A stretch of 64,000 nucleotides of DNA, from contig CM075989.1 of assembly GCA_038087875.1 (NCBI GenBank), positions 9,240,001-9,304,000 on the forward strand, in the 5' to 3' direction. Source of the stretch: Malacoraja senta. Taxonomy: Eukaryota. The translations under genes and the position numbers were made by a program. Below the pieces are notes generated by a model, which worked only from the letters and a program-made list of their open reading frames with translations, did no database searches and was not told where the DNA came from. Each line of letters opens with the position of its first letter. Position 1 is the stretch's first letter. Shown here in pieces: positions 50,157-63,624 of the stretch.

Positions 50157-53100
50157 GACCAGCACACTAACGCTATCCTACACATGCTAGGGACAATTTT
50201 ACAATTTTGCCAAGCCAATTGGCCTACAAACCTGTACATCTTTGGAGAGTGGAAGGAAACCGGGGCACCAGAAGAAAACCCACACAGGTCACGAAGAGAA
50301 CGTACAGACAGCATTAGCAGTCAAGATTGAACCCGGGTCTCTGGCACTGCAAGGTAGCAACTCTACCACAGCGCCACTGTGCCATCCAAAGGAAAACATG
50401 AACTTGGTAATGTGGCATTATTTTCTATATATTCATTTTTCAGGAAGCAGGAGTCGCTAACAAGGCCAGCGTTTATTTTCCATTGAGAATGTTTCTTGAT
50501 TTTCCTACTTGAATAGCTGCAGTTATTCTGGTGAAGGTGTCCCCGCAATGTAGACAGGCAGAGAGTTCCAGGTTTTATACCCCATAATGAAGGCCATATA
50601 TTCACAAATCTGGATTGTGTGCAATTGATGGAGTACCAGCCTTTGTGGAGTTCCCATGCATCTTGTTGTCTTGTCCTTCTTGATGGAAGAAGCTGTGGTT
50701 GGGCATGTGGGTAACTGTAGTGTCCTTTGTCGACGGTACAAATTGCAGCCACTGCATACTTGAGTGGAAGGAATTAATGTTTAGAGTGGTAGATGGGATA
50801 CGAGTCAAACAGATTGCCTTGTTCTGAATGCTGCTGATCTTTACGCTTATCCACACCACACTGACCTTAACTACAAAACCAGAATATTAAAGCTCCAAAG
50901 ATGCTATTGCTATTATCTCATATCCAGAGACCTGTAGTTCAATAACAAAACAGCTTCTATTTGTGTAATGCCTCGAGTATACGTTTTTCATTAGGGTGTT
51001 ATCAAAAAATGTTTGACACTGAGGTCATAAGGAACGATGACCACAAGCTTCGTCAAAGAATTCATTTTAATTGTACAGTATGTCTGAGTGGCAGAAAGAG
51101 CAATGAAGTAATAAGGGTAAAGGGAGGGAATTGCAGAACTGAAGAAATTGATAGCTGAAGGCTATCGCCATCTAAACAGAACAAATAAATCTATTGATTA
51201 TTAAGAGCCCAGATGTGGAAAATCACAAATATCATGAGTTGTAGGGCTTGCGGTGATGACAGAAACAAGAAGAGGTAAGACATTCGAAAACAAGAATGGG
51301 TATTTTAAAATGGTGCTGTTGCTTAATTTATAGCCAGTCTGGGTCAGTAAACGCAGTGGTTTGGGTAAGCTTCAAGCACTTTATTGGTTGTATAGTGCGC
51401 TGTGATATTGATGAAGTTTTACGTCACAAAATCACAGAATAATAGAGGGTCATGGCATGAAAATAAGACGTTTGATTATGATGTTCGGACTGACTTCACA
51501 TAAGAGCCATCCATCTAGTCCCACTCTCTTCCCATACTTTTGTAAATTATTTCCTTTCAGATACTTTCCCTGATTCCTTTTCCACACAAGAACTGAACTA
51601 ATCTATGACACTCATTGAATACTCTGAAACTGTACGAACCTGCCTCCACTGATAGCTCTGACTATTCTTGGCAAGGCATTCACATCCTAACCAATGAAAC
51701 ATTTCGTCGTATATTTTTGGTCCTGTTGCCAAATCCTCATTCAGAGTCCCCTCGTTCTTGACCCTTCTTCTCCCGGAAGCAGTGTCTCTCCATGTACTCA
51801 GTTTTAACTGTCATGATGATAATACTTTCATCTGATTTCTCAAAACATTCCTTATTGCAAGGAAACCAATCCCATATCAATCAGTCAAATCTCTCAGCCC
51901 TGGAATCATTTTGAATCAGTCTGAAGAAGGGTTTCGGCCCGAAACATTGCCTATTTCCTTCGCTCCATGGATGCTGCTGCACCCGCTGAGTTTCTCCAGC
52001 ATTTTTGTCTACCATCATTTTGATAAATCTCTTTAGTCCCTTCTCCAAAGCCTTCGCATTTTTCATGAAGTTTAGCACAAAGAACTGAACACAACCTTCT
52101 TCTTCTTCACCAGTTGGTTGAAATCCATGATGACTACCTTCCACTTTGGTTCTGGGATGGCTGGTGAGACAAATATTGATCCATAGAGGAGATACAAGGT
52201 GCTGCAGATATTAGTTTACAAAAAAAGACCCAAAGTATTGTAGTAAATCAATGGGTCAGGCAGCATCACCATTGAATAATTGAATCTCTGGAGAACACGT
52301 ATAGGTGATGTTTTGGGTTGGGATGTCACCTTTTATTTATTTATTTGTTGTACTGTTGCATGAATGTGCCTGTAAATCTGCAGCAAGTAAGAATGTAACT
52401 GCTCCATTCCTAATCTGAAACGTTACCTATTCATGTTTTGTTCAGAGATACAGATAGAAACAGACCCTTCAGCCCATCGAATCCACACCGACCATTGATC
52501 AGCCATTCACACTAGTTCTATGTTGTCCCACTTTCCATCCACTCCCTTCACACTAAGGACAATTTACAGAGACCAGCACACTAACGCTATCTTACACATG
52601 CTAGGGACAATTTTACAATTTTGCCAAGCCAATTGGCCTACAAACCTGTACATCTTTGGAGAGTGGAAGGAAACCGGGGCACCAGAAGAAAACCCACACA
52701 GGTCACGAAGAGAACGTACAGACAGCATTAGCAGTCAAGATTGAACCAGGGTCTCTGGCACTGCAAGGTAGCAACTCTACCACGGCCCCACTGTGCCGTC
52801 CAAAGGAAAACATGAACTTGGTAATGTGGCATTATTTTCTATATATTCATTTTTCAGGAAGCAGGAGTCGCTAACGAGGCCAGCGTTTATTTTCCATTGA
52901 GAATGTTTCTTGATTTTCCTACTTGAACAGCTGCAGTTATTCTGGTGAAGATGTCCCCACAATGTAGACAGGCAGAGAGTTCCAGGTTTTATACCCCATA
53001 ATGAAGGCCATATATTCACAAATCTGGATTGTGTGCAATTGATGGAGTACCAGCCTTTGTGGAGTTCCCATGCATCTTGTTGTCTTGTCCTTCTTGATGG

Positions 53101-54984
53101 AAGAAGCTGTGGTTGGGCATGTGGGTAACTGTAGTGTCCTTTGTCAACGGTACAAATTGCAGCCACTGCATACTTGAGTGGAAGGAATTAATGTTTAGAG
53201 TGGTAGATGGGATACGAGTCAAACAGATTGCCTTGTTCTGAATGCTGCTGATCTTTACGCTTATCCACACCACACTGACCTTAACTACAAAACCAGAATA
53301 TTAAAGCTCCAAAGATGCTATTGCTATTATCTCATATCCAGAGACCTGTAGTTCAATAACAAAACAGCTTCTATTTGTATAATGCCTCGAGTATACGTTT
53401 TTCATTAGGGTGTTATCAAAAAATGTTTGACACTGAGGTCATAAGGAACGATGACCACAAGCTTTGTCAAAGAATTCATTTTAAATGTACAGTATGTCTG
53501 AGTGGCAGAAAGAGCAATGAAGTAATAAGGGTAAAGGGAGGGAATTGCAGAACTGAAGAAATTGATAGCTGAAGGCTATCGCCATCTAAACAGAACAAAT
53601 AAATCTATTGATTATTAAGAGCCCAGATGTGGAAAATCACAAATATCATGAGTTGTAGGGCTTGCGGTGATGACAGAAACAAGAATAGGTAAGACATTCG
53701 AAAACAAGAATGGGTATTTTAAAATGGTGCTGTTGCTTAATTTATAGCCAGTCTGGGTCAGTAAACGCAGTGGTTTGGGTAAGCTTCAAGCACTTTATTG
53801 GTTGTATAGTGCACTGTGATATTGATGAAGTTTTACGTCACAAAATCACAGAATAATAGAGGGTCATAGCATGAAAATAAGACGTTTGATTATGATGTCC
53901 GGACTGACTTCACATAAGGGCAATCCATCTAGTCCCACTCTCTTCCCATACTTTTGTAAATTATTTCCTTTCAGATACTTTCCCTGATTCCTTTTCCACA
54001 CAAGAACTGAACTAATCTATGACACTCATTGAATACTCTGATACTGTACGAACCTGCCTCCACTGATAGCTCTGACTATTCTTCGCAAGGCATTCACATC
54101 CTAACCAATGAAACATTTCTTCGTATATTTTCGGTCCTGTTGCCAAATCCTCATTCAGAGTCCCCTCGTTCTTGACCCTTCTTCTCCCGGAAACAGTGTC
54201 TCTCCATGTACTCAGTTTTAACTGTCATGATGATAATACTTTCATCTGATTTCTCAAAACATTCCTTATTGCAAGGAAACCAATCCCATATCAATCAGTC
54301 AAATCTCTCAGCCCTGGAATCATTTTGAATCAGTCTGAAGAAAGGTATCAGCCCGAAACGTTGCCTATTTCCTTCGCTCCATAGATGCTGCTGCACCCGC
54401 TGAGTTTCTCCAGCATTTTTGTCTACCATCATTTTGATAAATCTCTTTAGTCCCTTCTCCAAAGCCTTCACATTTTTCATGAAGTTTAGCACAAAGAACT
54501 GAACATAACCTTCTTCTTCTTCACCAGTTGGTTGAAATCCATGATGACTACCTTCCACTTTGGTTCTGGGATGGCTGGTAAGACAAATGTTGATCCATAG
54601 AGGAGATACAAGGTGCTGCAGATATTAGTTTACAAAAAAAGACCCAAAGTGTTGTAGTAAATCAATGGGTCAGGCAGCATCACCATTGAATAATTGAATC
54701 TCTGGAGAACACGTATAGGTGATGTTTTGGGTTGGGATGTCACCTTTTATTTATTTATTTGTTGTACTGTTGCATGAATGTGCCTGTAAATCTGCAGCAA
54801 GTAAGAATGTAACTGCTCCATTCCTAATCTGAAACGTCACCTATTCATGTTTTGTTCAGAGATACAGATAGAAACAGACCCTTCAGCCCATCGAATCCAC
54901 ACCGACCATTGATCAGCCATTCACACTAGTTCTATGTTATCCCACTTTCCATCCACTCCCTTCACACTAAGGACAATTTACAGA
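50157..54984. repeat. Direct tandem duplication of two 2414-bp units (50157-52570 and 52571-54984)
   Basis: Constant 2414 offset of paired ORFs (50242/52656, 50363/52777, 51881/54295). Roughly 35 substitutions counted by eye and no indels seen. Confidence 0.95.
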
Positions 54985-55163
54985 GGCCAATTAACCTAGA
55001 AACCGACACATCTTGGGATGTGGGAGAAAACTGGAGCATCCAAAGGAAACCCACACGGTCACACGTAGAATGTATAAATTCCACACAGGCAGTACCCGAG
55101 GTCAGGATCAAGCCCGGGTTTCTAGTGCTGTGAGGCAGCAGATATACCAGTTGCGCCACTGTG
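54857..55163 (-). mobile_element. HE1-type SINE containing the right breakpoint of the duplication
   Basis: Head TGGCGCAACTGGTA on the minus strand, plus SINE body and tail. A second copy at 50088-50386 holds the left breakpoint. Confidence 0.83.
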
Positions 55164-55257
55164 CTATTCTTGTTGATTCTGCTACAAGATATGCAGGTGG
55201 TGCTTGATGTGATGGGTAAGTGGGTCGTTTCCCTTTGTGCCTCTGTGTGCTCTCAAA

Positions 55258-55743
55258 GTGCGGACCTGTTGCCCCAGTTCTCAAAGAACTTCACTGGCTT
55301 CCCATTTCCCACCGGATCATCTACAAAATCCTGGTCCTCACCTACAAAGCCCTCAACCACTTGGCCCCCCCTTACCTCACTGACCTCCTCTCCCCCTACC
55401 AACCCTCACGGTCCCTCAGATCCACATCAGCCGGTCTCCTCTCCATTCCGAAATCCAACCTCTGCACTTTTGGAAACAGAGCCTTCTCCAGGGCAGCTCC
55501 CAGGCTCTGGAACTCCCTCCCACAATTCATCCAAAATTCTGAGTCCCTCACCATCCTCCAGTCCCGCCTCAAGACCCATCTCTTCACCTCTGCATACCCT
55601 TAGTTCCATGTCCCCCTCCCCTTTGCATCTCTGTCTTACTGTTCTATTTTTGTTGTTGTTTTTTTACTCTCAATGTAAAGCGACTTTGAGTCCTTGAAAA
55701 GCGCTATATAAATAAAATGTATTATTATTATTATTATTATTAT
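55258..55743 (+). mobile_element. 5'-truncated L2-clade LINE 3' end
   Basis: VLKELHWLPISHRIIYKIL...RAFSRAAPRLWNSLP...RLKTHLF, then the 3' UTR TGTAAAGCGACTTTGAG...AAAAGCGCTATATAAATAAA and a (TAT)n tail. Confidence 0.9.
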
Positions 55744-56067
55744 CTGTGTTATCCTAAATGTTTCTTCTTTGCAATTACCCTACATCAACAATAAACTACC
55801 ATGGACTTTGTAAAGGTTGCACTATGTACTTTGATTTGCACTATTATGGTCTTATTACCTAGTATAACTGGGTGTATTGTTGTTTGTCGTATGTTCATTT
55901 GTTGTGCTGTTGCATTAGTATGCCTGCAAAGCCGCAGCAAGTAAGAAATACATTGCGCGTGGACATAGGGTGTGGATGCAAGTAAATGGAATGTTGCAAT
56001 TTTTTCAAGGAGGCCTTGGGAACAAAGTTTAATTTTTCTTTCTGTCCATCTGGTAATTGCTTTCCAT

Positions 56068-56400
56068 GCGTAGGAAGGAACTGCAGATGCTGGTTTACAC
56101 CGAAGACAGACACAAAATGCTGGAGTAACTCAATGGGTCAGACAGCATCTCTGGAGAGAAGGAATGGGTGACGTTTCGGATCGAGACCCTTCTTCAGAAT
56201 AGTTAGGGATAATAGAAATGAGAGATGTAGACGATTATGTAGAGAGATAAAGAACAGTGAATGAAAGATATGCAAAAAAGTAACGATGACAAAGGAAACA
56301 GGCCACTGTTAGCTGTTTGTTGGGTGAAAACGAGAAGCTGGTGCGACGGCTGGGGGAGGAATAGAGAGAGAAGGAATGTCGGGGTTACTTGAAGTTAGAT
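56068..56400 (-). mobile_element. Penelope-like 3' UTR and terminal repeat
   Basis: Same repeat as 44591-44720, extended by a UTR that is pyrimidine-rich on the minus strand. Confidence 0.75.
56167..56197 (-). ncRNA. Minimal hammerhead ribozyme core with intact GUC triplet
   Basis: CUGAAGA-A-[GGGU CUCG AUCC]-GAA-ACGU-C-ACC. Confidence 0.68.
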
Positions 56401-57344
56401 CGTAGTGGTCTGATATTAGGCGATTGATGTGTGTAATTAGGGCCTCCATCACTGGGTGCTGAGAGGACACTGACTTATGATATTGGTTCACATAGGGATT
56501 TTGATGAATCTCCAGAGATAGCATTTGTTTTATCTCTCCAGTGCAGTGAATTGTCCGCTGTAGGCAACCCAGGGTGCTGAAGAGTAGCAGAGGCTGCAAG
56601 TAGGCTACAGGGTTCAATGATGCTTCCATGGTGGTTCAATGGTTGAATGGTACTTTATTGTTACATGTACTTAAGTGCAGTGAAATTATTTTTGTTGCAT
56701 ACAGTTCAGTGGTAATCCTGCTGTACATTAGGCACATTCATACTACAGTAAGTATAAGAGTGGAAGATAGTAGCCCACGCTGAGTCCGTACACAAAAGTC
56801 ACTATGTTTTAGCCTTTGTATACTATTTACCTCAGATGGCCCAAGTCACTACAGGCTGAGGAAAATGATGAATTTCATAGACAATTTCTGCCTTCACTGA
56901 GAGGTGTCTGCTGAAAAGAGGAAGTGGCCCATGTTTTCCTTATGTTCGGAAAGCAGATTGTACAGTGGGGACAGAGGGACTTTGTTTTTATGGATGCTTA
57001 GCACAATGCCCATTCTCTTGTTTGCTCCAGTGGACAATGACTTGGATCTTGCCTCCCATAAGCGGGCAAACATAAGCATAATTGGTGTACTGCAGTTAGT
57101 CTACTGAGGCTGAGTAAGCAAAGGATACTTGGTTACTCAAATAGTGAGGATTCTGGGACTGGGAGGATGTGTGGAGTCAGTGGGAGAAAGAGTGAGTTTG
57201 GGGAAGAGTGAAAATATAAAGAGGTTATGGGTAATTGTACCTCATCAGTAGCCACAACAAGGTAGATAAATTAAGAATGCACATAGGTATGAAGATTATG
57301 ATCTAATCGTCTTTACAGCGACATGTAACTGCAGGATGATTTGA

Positions 57345-57602
57345 AGCACTTCCCTCTGGAAGGCAACTCCGGACTGTCAATGCCACCACAGCCAGACATA
57401 AAAACAGCTCTTTTCCACGAGCTCTACTCAATAACCAAAAGTCTGTAGCCTCCTTTTGCTCTGGTATTTTGATGTCATTCACATGTTTAAACTAGAATGT
57501 TTTATTATTAATGTTTAATATTTTATGTGTCATTCTTAATTGTTACTGTGTGTCGTGTTGTTACTTGTGTACATACTTGGCCAATAAACGTATTCATTCA
57601 TT
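57345..57602 (+). mobile_element. Rex1/Babar 3' fragment
   Basis: LPSGRQLRTVNATTARHKNSSFP, then a UTR ending AATAAACGTATTCATTCATT. Confidence 0.72.
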
Positions 57603-57794
57603 AAACTGGGAACGCAATACGCCAGATATTCGCCACATAGGAAGGTGATGCAAAAAAGAAAAGGAGATGATGTTAAAATAAATGATATCATAGTCATAGT
57701 CACACAGCCCCATGGTCCACATTGTCCATGACGACCTCTGCGCTAATCCCACCTACCTGGTTCTGGCCCACATCCCTCTAAACCTTTCCTATCC

Positions 57795-58169
57795 GGTAAG
57801 ATATTACGGCTTCAGCATGTGGATAGAAGCAAGCACAGGTTGCCAGTGTGGGTCTTCTTTATTTTACAAAAGTACACTGCGCATACTCGCACATATTCAC
57901 GAGACTGATTAGATTTTGAATATATCATATGACACAAATCATACCATTCTAGTACTCAGTTCTTCAAGTTACAGTTACCATTATATACAATACAATACGG
58001 TTTTATTTGTCACATTGCACATAAAGTGCAAGTGAAATGAATTTGCCAGCAGCGGTACAATGATAAAGAACACACAATACACAATAAAAATTTAACACAA
58101 ACATCCACCACAGTGGTGGAAGGCACAAAATTTGGCCAGTCCTAATTACACTGCCCTAATTACATAACA
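57795..58169 (-). repeat. 3' LTR with a nested non-LTR 3' fragment at ~57990-58140
   Basis: Begins TGTTATGTA immediately after the PPT AAGGGGAGAGCAG (58170-58182). AATAAA at 57858-57863. Ends ...ATCTTACC, which may be a mutated CA. Confidence 0.72.
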
Positions 58170-58224
58170 CTGCTCTCCCCTTAGAAAGTAAAATAACTCG
58201 TAAATTAGACAAAAAGGAATAATT

Positions 58225-58549
58225 TTATAAATTTAATCTGACGACTGGTTTACACACTCTTTCTGATCTCCTGAGTGGTTTAGGGGGAGTGTCAGGTTGT
58301 GGTTCTAAAGGAGAGTCAAGTTCAGGATCACTTACCTTTGTCTCTACTTTCTTTGACAATTCTGATTTTACATCTGAACTTGGAATAATACCAAAGATGA
58401 CAGATCTGCTTTGACTATGCTCTGCTCTTGTACCCTTGCTGCCTGGGATCATAAGGTTTATGTGCACACTTCTAACACATCCTCCAATTTCGACCAAGTA
58501 CATCCTGGTACCACACACTCAACTACTGTTCCCACCTCCCATTTATTTG
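58225..58549 (-). pseudogene. Gypsy pol integrase C-terminal tail, frameshifted
   Basis: [32 protein letters not shown]...PLRRSERVCKPVVRLNL*, resembling the KW.PG.V..GP.SY.V..RRH and LRRS.R..KP..RL pattern at the end of Gypsy pol. Confidence 0.75.
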
Positions 58550-59037
58550 TTTCTTCTGAGAAACCTTTTTCTTCTGAACAACTTCCTCCTCAGGTTTTGG
58601 AACAATTTGCTCCTCTTCAGTGAGGATCATTTCTATGTGGCGAGGTGGACTCGTGTATGGGTTGATACTTCCATGGGCACAGTATGTCTGCCGGCGCATT
58701 TTAGGAGCCTTGTTCACTTGAATGTGCTCAATCACGAGGCAATCCACATCCAGACCCTTTAGTTCCGTATTGCTCTCTGCATTCTTCAGCATATGCAGTA
58801 AGATCTCTGCATTCTTTTTAGGCCAACGTCCTTGTGTCCAGCCCCATGCCTCTGCTTGAGCACAACTGCCAACTCCTCCATTGTAGCGCTGGAAAGGGAC
58901 ACATTGCCTCTTGATTACAACGTCCTTCAGGAACTTGGTTGCCTTACGAATATTCCTTTGATGGTCTGAGCAGTTTCACGAGTATTCTTAAAAGGTACTC
59001 GCAAGTTGGAACCCCTTGCTTTGCATGATTTGGTGGG
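58550..59037 (-). pseudogene. RPL17: Processed (intronless) 60S ribosomal protein L17/uL22 pseudogene fragment
   Basis: [39 protein letters not shown]...[35 protein letters not shown]...[30 protein letters not shown]. 4-nt deletion near 58952; first ~10 and last ~10 codons missing. Confidence 0.96.
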
Positions 59038-59193
59038 TGTGGGGACCTGTCTCTAACCCTCTATGGCACAATGGCAGGACAACTCCCCCCTCATGAATGC
59101 TACTCTATCCTTGGTCACTGCCCCACTATGGTAGCTTCCAGCCACCACGGAAACCACATGTTCTTAAAGTTACAGTTACCATTATATACACTA

Positions 59194-62100
59194 CCTATCC
59201 TTGTACCTGTCCAAACATATTTTAAATGTTGTTATAGTATCTGCCTCAACTACCTTCTCTTGGCAGCTCATTCCATATACCCACCACCCTCTGTGTAGAA
59301 ATGTTGCCCCCCAGGTTCCTATTAAATCTTTCCCCTCTCACATTAAACTACATTCTGTGGTTCTTGTTTCTCCTACTCTGGGTAAAAGACTATGCATTCA
59401 CATTATCTGTTCCTCTCATTATCTTATACACCTCTATGTGATCATGACCCCTCTATGACCCCTTAGCCTCCTGCATTCCAAGGAATTTAAAAAAGTCCTA
59501 GTCAATTCTCTCTCTACAGCTCAGGCCCTCGGATCCTGGCAACATCCTCATAAATCTCTGCACTTTTGCAAGCTTAATGACATCCTATGGCTGGCTGACC
59601 ATAGTTGAACACAATACTCCAAATGTGGCCTCACCAACGTGTTGTACAACCATAACATAACATCCCAATTTCTATACTTAATACCTCAACCGATGAAGGC
59701 AATCAGTGCAATAGTGAGAAAGGAGGTTGGCTCTGCAAATCATGATATAGAATTGAATCACTCCGGGTGGAGCTAAACAACAGCTGGGACAGTAAACATT
59801 GGTGGGAGCCATTTTTATGCCCCTGGATAGCAGCTTTGATGTAGGACATGGTGTATTTAAGGAAATTAGAGGTGTGCGTAATAGGATGGAGCAAGTCAAA
59901 TTTGCGCTAACAATGAATTCCTGAAATATATATGAGATGGCCTTCTAGATTAGTATGCTGAGGAACTTAGGCTGGAACAAGCTATTCAGATCTAATTCTG
60001 TGCGACAAGAAAGGGCTACATCAATCTTTTGAAAAGAGAGTCCAAGGAAAAAATGACAATATTATATATAATTTTACATCATGCAAAAATTCAAAGTTAA
60101 GTTCAATTTCAAACCAAGGTTTACAATCAAAAGAAACTATGAAGCAATGAAGGTTGGCTGTGTTAGCTTCGGTAACGACTGTATATTAAAGAGTATGCAG
60201 TGGGTGGCACTTCAATAAATAATACATTATTTATAACAAATCATGCTTTCTTTTATAGCACAAAGACACAACAGTAAAGCGGTTTAACCATGAATTACAG
60301 GAGAATTATATATATATATAGAACATACAAAAATCTTGCAGAGCGCAAGGGGGTAAACACATTGAAAATCTTTTCCCTTCACTGAGGAGATGAGAACTAG
60401 GGGGTCACAGTTTCAAAATAAGGTGTTGCCCATTTAGAACTTAAGTGAGGAGAATGTTACTCATTCGGGAGGTAGTGAATCTTTGGAATTGCCTATCTCG
60501 CAACATTGTGACATCACAGTAATTGTTTTCTAAGCTGAGATCAACAGATTTCTGGATATTAGAGAATCCATGTAATGTGGGGATAGGTCTGAATGGTGTT
60601 CAGGCAAGAGATCGCCCATAATTTTGTTGAATGGCAGAGGAAGCTCCAAGGGCTGGCTGGCTGGCTGGCATATTCCTGCTTTGGTTTATATTCTTAGGTT
60701 TTTTTTCCTTCATCACGACTTCCTTGCTCTTGTGTTCAGCCTCTATTTCACCCAATACTCCATCTGAAAAATCCCCAGCTCTCACTTTTAGAATTATGGC
60801 CTCTACTTTATATTTCTTTCTTTGCATCCTTCCTATCAAAGTGTAACATTGTAATTTTCTCAGCATTAAGTTCTGTCTGTCACCTGTCTGCCCATTGATC
60901 AGCCACTCTACATCTCCTCAAAATCTTTTACAATTCCCCTCAAAGTAACCATGCCCCCAAATGTTGTGTCTTCTGCAGATATGGAAAATGTGCCTTGTAC
61001 ACTCAGACTTTTTCAAATTTGTCTGCCTGACCTGTTGAGTTACTCCAGTACTAGTGTTCTTTTGTGTAAACCAGCATCTGCAGTTCCTTCTTTCTACATC
61101 ACTCTAGTAAACCTCCACTGCACCCATTCCAAAGCCTCAACATCCTTCCTGTAATGAATGGGTTGACTAGAACTGCACGTAATACTCCAAATGTGGCCTA
61201 ACCAAAGTCCTAAGAAGCTGCATCATGACTTCCTGACTCTTATACTCAATTTGCCGACCTATGAAAGCAAGCACACCATATTGTATGCCTTCTTAATCAC
61301 TCTATTTACTTGTGTTGCCAATTTCAAAGAGTTATGGCTTGGACCCTAAGATCCCTCTGGACATCAATGCTGCTAAAGGTCAAGCCATTAATTGTATATT
61401 TTCCCCTTATGTTTGAGCTCGCAAAGTGCAACACCTCACACTTACTCAGATTAAACACTATGTCATTTCTCCGTCCATTTTGGTGGCTGATCTATATCTT
61501 GTTGTACATCTTGACAGTCTTCCTCACAGTCTGCAACCTCATCAATCTCAGTGCCATTGGTAGTGTCACGTAAACCTTTCTTACCCCAGATACTTGTCCA
61601 AATGTTTTATAAATATTGTTATTGCATCTGTCTCAACTACTTCTTCTGGCAGCTCATTCCATACACCCACCGCCCACTATCTATTCTCCTCATGAATTTA
61701 TACATCTCTGTAAGATCACTCCTCAGCCTCCTGCATTCCAAGGAATAAAGTCCTAGCCTGCCCTCCACCAATAGCTCAGGCTCTTGAGTCCTGACCACAT
61801 CCTTGTACTCTTTTCAGGCTAATGACATCTTTGCTATACCAAGACTGAACACAATACTCCAAGTGCCACCTCACAAACATCTTGTGCAACTGTAACATAG
61901 CATCCCAACTTCCATATCGATTCCCTGACTGATGAAGACCAGCATGCCAAAAGCCTTTTCACCATCCTATCTACCTGCGATGTAAACTTTCAAGGAACTA
62001 TTTACTCTCTTTACAACACTCCCTATGGCACTATTTTTCACTGTGAAGGTCCTGCCCGAGTTTGACTTCCCAAAATGCAATACCTCACACTTATTGCAAT

Positions 62101-62245
62101 AAAACTCCATTTGCCATTCTTCAGCTCACTATCCCAGCTGATCAAAATCCTGCTTTAATTCTTGATAACCAGCTTCACCATCTATGATGACACTTCTTTT
62201 AGTGGCACTTGCAAACTTACTAATCACACCTTGTATATTCTCATC
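59194..62245. mobile_element. Cluster of degraded CR1 fragments (59194-59705 minus, ~59705-60680 plus, ~61105-62245 minus)
   Basis: Recurrent AATACTCCAAATGTGGCCTCACC (antisense VRPHLEY), GGGGTCACAGTTTCAAAATAAGG and GTGAATCTTTGGAATT motifs. Confidence 0.75.
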
Positions 62246-63624
62246 CAAATTGCCTGGTATTTTGTATTCGCCTGGTGGTCATCACTTTGCTTGTATTCTC
62301 ATGAACTACACAGCGATCACCACGAAACATGCTATCCATAAAATTCTCAGCTTCATGGATTCAATGCAGTGACATTAGCTGTTGGTTAAGTTTGAAAATC
62401 AGAAGCTCCAGCTCCTCTAGCAGTCATCCCTTCCTATCCCTGAGTTGTCCAGTGTCATGGAGTTCCCACATGACACATTCCATGGGCACAAGGTGGCTGC
62501 CATGTTTCTATTTATCAAAAAAAACAGAGTACTTACTGTTTCACTCACCCTGATGGTATTTGGTTATTACCTAGCTCTTGTTTTTAAACCAAATATTGTT
62601 TAAACTCACTTGCATTTCTTTCAACCAGGATGTTTTTCCCACACTCTTTTAAAATCCTGGCTTTCTTTCTTTCCGTGTTTACTTATTTGTGTGTTTTGTT
62701 CTATTTGTGCTTTATTTTGTTATTTCAATATTTCTATCTGCATTTTAATTTATTTCATTTCTTGTTTAATGCATTTTTGTGTTTCTCTATTTTGCTCTTA
62801 TTGTAATCCCCTCTTTCTATATTTCTTTCTTCCTGTTTGCACATGGACAAAACTATTAGCCACGGATCTACAATCACATATTACAATCGCTCCACATATT
62901 TAAATCTCTACTCCGACAGCAACATTTCTTATTTTAACGATGATATTCCCTGATCATACATCTGTACACTGTAAATGGCTCGATTGTAATCATGTTTTGT
63001 CTTTCCGCTGACTGGTTAGATTGCAACAAAAGCTTTTCACTGTATCGCGGTACACGTGATAATAAACTAAAGTGAACTGAAATTGTGTTTGATGTTAATA
63101 AATCACTGTGTGATTTTTTGGGAGAGTGAATTCATCTCTAAGATATCTACATTGAATGTGTATGAAGGGTAAGATATGGCCTGTTTCATCCAGGTTAATG
63201 CTTTCGGAGGTCATTTGAGTATTAAGTATTCATATTGCCCATCTCTCCTTTGAATCCAGTTTCAAACCACACATCTCCTTCAAGGCTGTTCAAACTCATG
63301 GATCATTGTCATCGGGTATTTTTATTTTAGACAGTGTTACCAATTCAGACTTTATCCTACATATCACCATTGCTAAAATTGATGAGGTGAGGATGCAAGA
63401 CCAGAAGGTGGTCCTTGTAACCATGCTGCTGGGTGGGTGGGATATTAGATGTCCGGGTTGGTTATTGTTGGGCAGCACATCCTCTCTCTACATTACAGTG
63501 GATCTGCAGAGAGGTGCGGTCAAACAGCACCTAGAGACATTAATTATGGCATTTCTTCCTGAAGGCATTTCTTTCTTCATTCCTCAGTGTGGAAGATGAC
63601 AGCTTTCTAGCAGCCCATACAATC

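Larger units (their letters stand above)
57795..59193 (-). mobile_element. Rearranged Gypsy-type LTR retrotransposon carrying an RPL17 mRNA fragment, inserted into a CR1 3' fragment
   Basis: Host CR1 is broken at CCTATCC (57788-57794 and 59194-59200). A 31-nt LTR segment is repeated at 57959-57989 and 59160-59190. Integrase tail, PPT and LTR are in the expected order. Confidence 0.75.

Noticed and set aside
58523..58792. Functional RPL17 gene
   Set aside because: Intronless, truncated at both ends, frameshifted and carrying substitutions at conserved residues.
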